Assembly: GCA_963815195.1 (NCBI GenBank) | Contig: CAWFGE010000021.1 | Coordinates: 128,001-192,000 of the forward strand | Reading direction: 5' to 3' | Origin: an uncultured Planctomycetaceae bacterium | Lineage (GTDB): Bacteria > Planctomycetota > Planctomycetia > Planctomycetales > Planctomycetaceae | DNA: 64,000 bases | Shown here: positions 62,831 to 64,000 of the stretch, one piece after another | Numbering within the stretch: the stretch's first letter is position 1 | Layout: each line of letters begins with the position of its first letter | Made by a program: the position numbers and the translations under genes | Notes under the pieces: generated by a model | What the model was told of the DNA's origin: nothing | What the model saw: only the letters and a program-made list of their open reading frames with translations | Database searches by the model: none

Positions 62831-64000
62831 ATGTTGAACAACGGAAAAAACCAGGGATGTGGTTTGGGCACTCTTGGCCTGCTCATCGCAGTATTGGCGG
62901 TGGCGCAGGATCACGGCCTTGAAGCGGGGGTGATTTTTATTCCCGGAAAGCTGGTGGACGGTCAATTTGTTCCGCCAAAAGCGAACGAACCGGTTCCCCA
63001 TCGAGACGCCAATCCTCAATCCTCCGAATTTGGTTACACGATTCGCTACAGCCGCGTGACCGCCGACGTGACCGAAGGCAAGACCACCATCCAGGCGGCG
63101 GAAACGGTCTCGGGTCCGAAATCCGAAACCGAAACCGTGTGCGTGGTTCCGTTGCCGGTCGGCACAAGGGCTTCGGATGCGAGCCTGTTCGCCGGGAAGG
63201 ATGCGAACACGCTCGCTCCGGTCGCGGGGGCCAAATACCTCAGTGCGGACAAAGCTCAGGCGTTCTACGAACATCTCGTCAAACACACGAACCAAGTGGG
63301 GTTCGCGGCGTTTTCGGGTCAGCCGGCTTTGTGGGTTCCCAGCTTTCCTCTGCAAGGACGGATGGAGTTTGTGCTGGAACTTTCCGGGTCAGTCGGTGAA
63401 TACCAAGGGGTGAAGAACTTGAGGATTCCGCTGCCCTTTACATCCTGGAGCAACGGGACCGTGGATCGGCTTTCGGTTTCCGCAACAATCCGCGCTCAAC
63501 AACCCGTGCGGGCCGTTTTCAGCCCCACGCACCAAACCAACATCCAACGCGGAAGTCTGACCAGCGCGGTTGTCGAGGTCCACAAGGAACACGCGGCCTG
63601 TCACGAGGATTTTCGGCTGTGTTGGGTGGAAGATGAGGACGATCTCGGTTTGCGGATGCTGACCTACCGCGTTGAAGGCGAAGACGAGGGCTACTTCTTG
63701 CTGTTGGGCAATCCCACCGGACGGGCCGACGGTACGGATGTTGTGGAAAAAGATGTGACCTTCGTGCTGGACACCAGCGGTTCCATGCGAGGCGAAAAAA
63801 TCGAGCAATGCCGGGCCGCGATCGAGTACTGTCTGAACCACCTCAATCCCCAGGACCGGTTTAACATCGTGACGTTTGGCACAAAGGTGACGTCGTTCCG
63901 GGAAACGCTGGTGCCCCACTCCGCGGAAACGGTGGCCGCCGCCCAGGATTTTGTGGAAGAGATCGTGGCCCACGGTCGCACGAACATCAACGAGGCCCTC
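62831..64000 (+). CDS. Secreted VIT-like plus vWA domain protein; runs off the window and is absent from the ORF track
   Basis: Manual translation from ATG 62831 is open to the end of the window: MLNNGKNQGCGLGTLGLLIAVLAVA...EGYFLLL...KDVTFVLDTSGSMRGEKIEQ...DRFNIVTF...GRTNINEAL (MIDAS DxSxS). Confidence 0.85.
   Translation, partial: MLNNGKNQGCGLGTLGLLIAVLAVAQDHGLEAGVIFIPGKLVDGQFVPPKANEPVPHRDANPQSSEFGYTIRYSRVTADVTEGKTTIQAAETVSGPKSETETVCVVPLPVGTRASDASLFAGKDANTLAPVAGAKYLSADKAQAFYEHLVKHTNQVGFAAFSGQPALWVPSFPLQGRMEFVLELSGSVGEYQGVKNLRIPLPFTSWSNGTVDRLSVSATIRAQQPVRAVFSPTHQTNIQRGSLTSAVVEVHKEHAACHEDFRLCWVEDEDDLGLRMLTYRVEGEDEGYFLLLGNPTGRADGTDVVEKDVTFVLDTSGSMRGEKIEQCRAAIEYCLNHLNPQDRFNIVTFGTKVTSFRETLVPHSAETVAAAQDFVEEIVAHGRTNINEAL

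Overview
GC-rich bacterial chromosomal window. Four DUF1559 prepilin-like genes, two DUF11/OmcB-like proteins, a PQQ-like propeller, a sulfatase and EF-hand/GYF_2 proteins point to a planctomycete (inference). Housekeeping genes: iscS, plsX-fabD-acpP-fabF (no fabG or rpmF in the cluster), nagB, lnt, moeA, a GT4 glycosyltransferase, ggt and deoC. Accessory content: a stand-alone SF2 helicase; a five-gene, translationally coupled MoxR/vWA/beta-propeller (bpX-type) operon at 19272-27324; a T2SS/type IV pilus-like cluster at 34773-42334 with one ATPase, three GspF/PilC paralogues, three minor pilins and a DUF1559 pilin; a PAS/GAF hybrid kinase; and a duplicated DUF1559 cassette bracketed by identical 43-bp hairpin repeats (48843-51920). 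Non-coding signals not in the ORF track: a promoter- and terminator-bounded 6S-like structured RNA on the minus strand (about 6482-6735), four REPIN-like inverted doublets of one family (two overlap gene 3' ends), and several other palindromic or heptameric elements. About 13 small frameshifts hit 11 unrelated genes, most likely uncorrected long-read indels. No rRNA, tRNA, CRISPR array, transposase or integrase was recognised. All family assignments come from motif recognition by eye; no database search was run.
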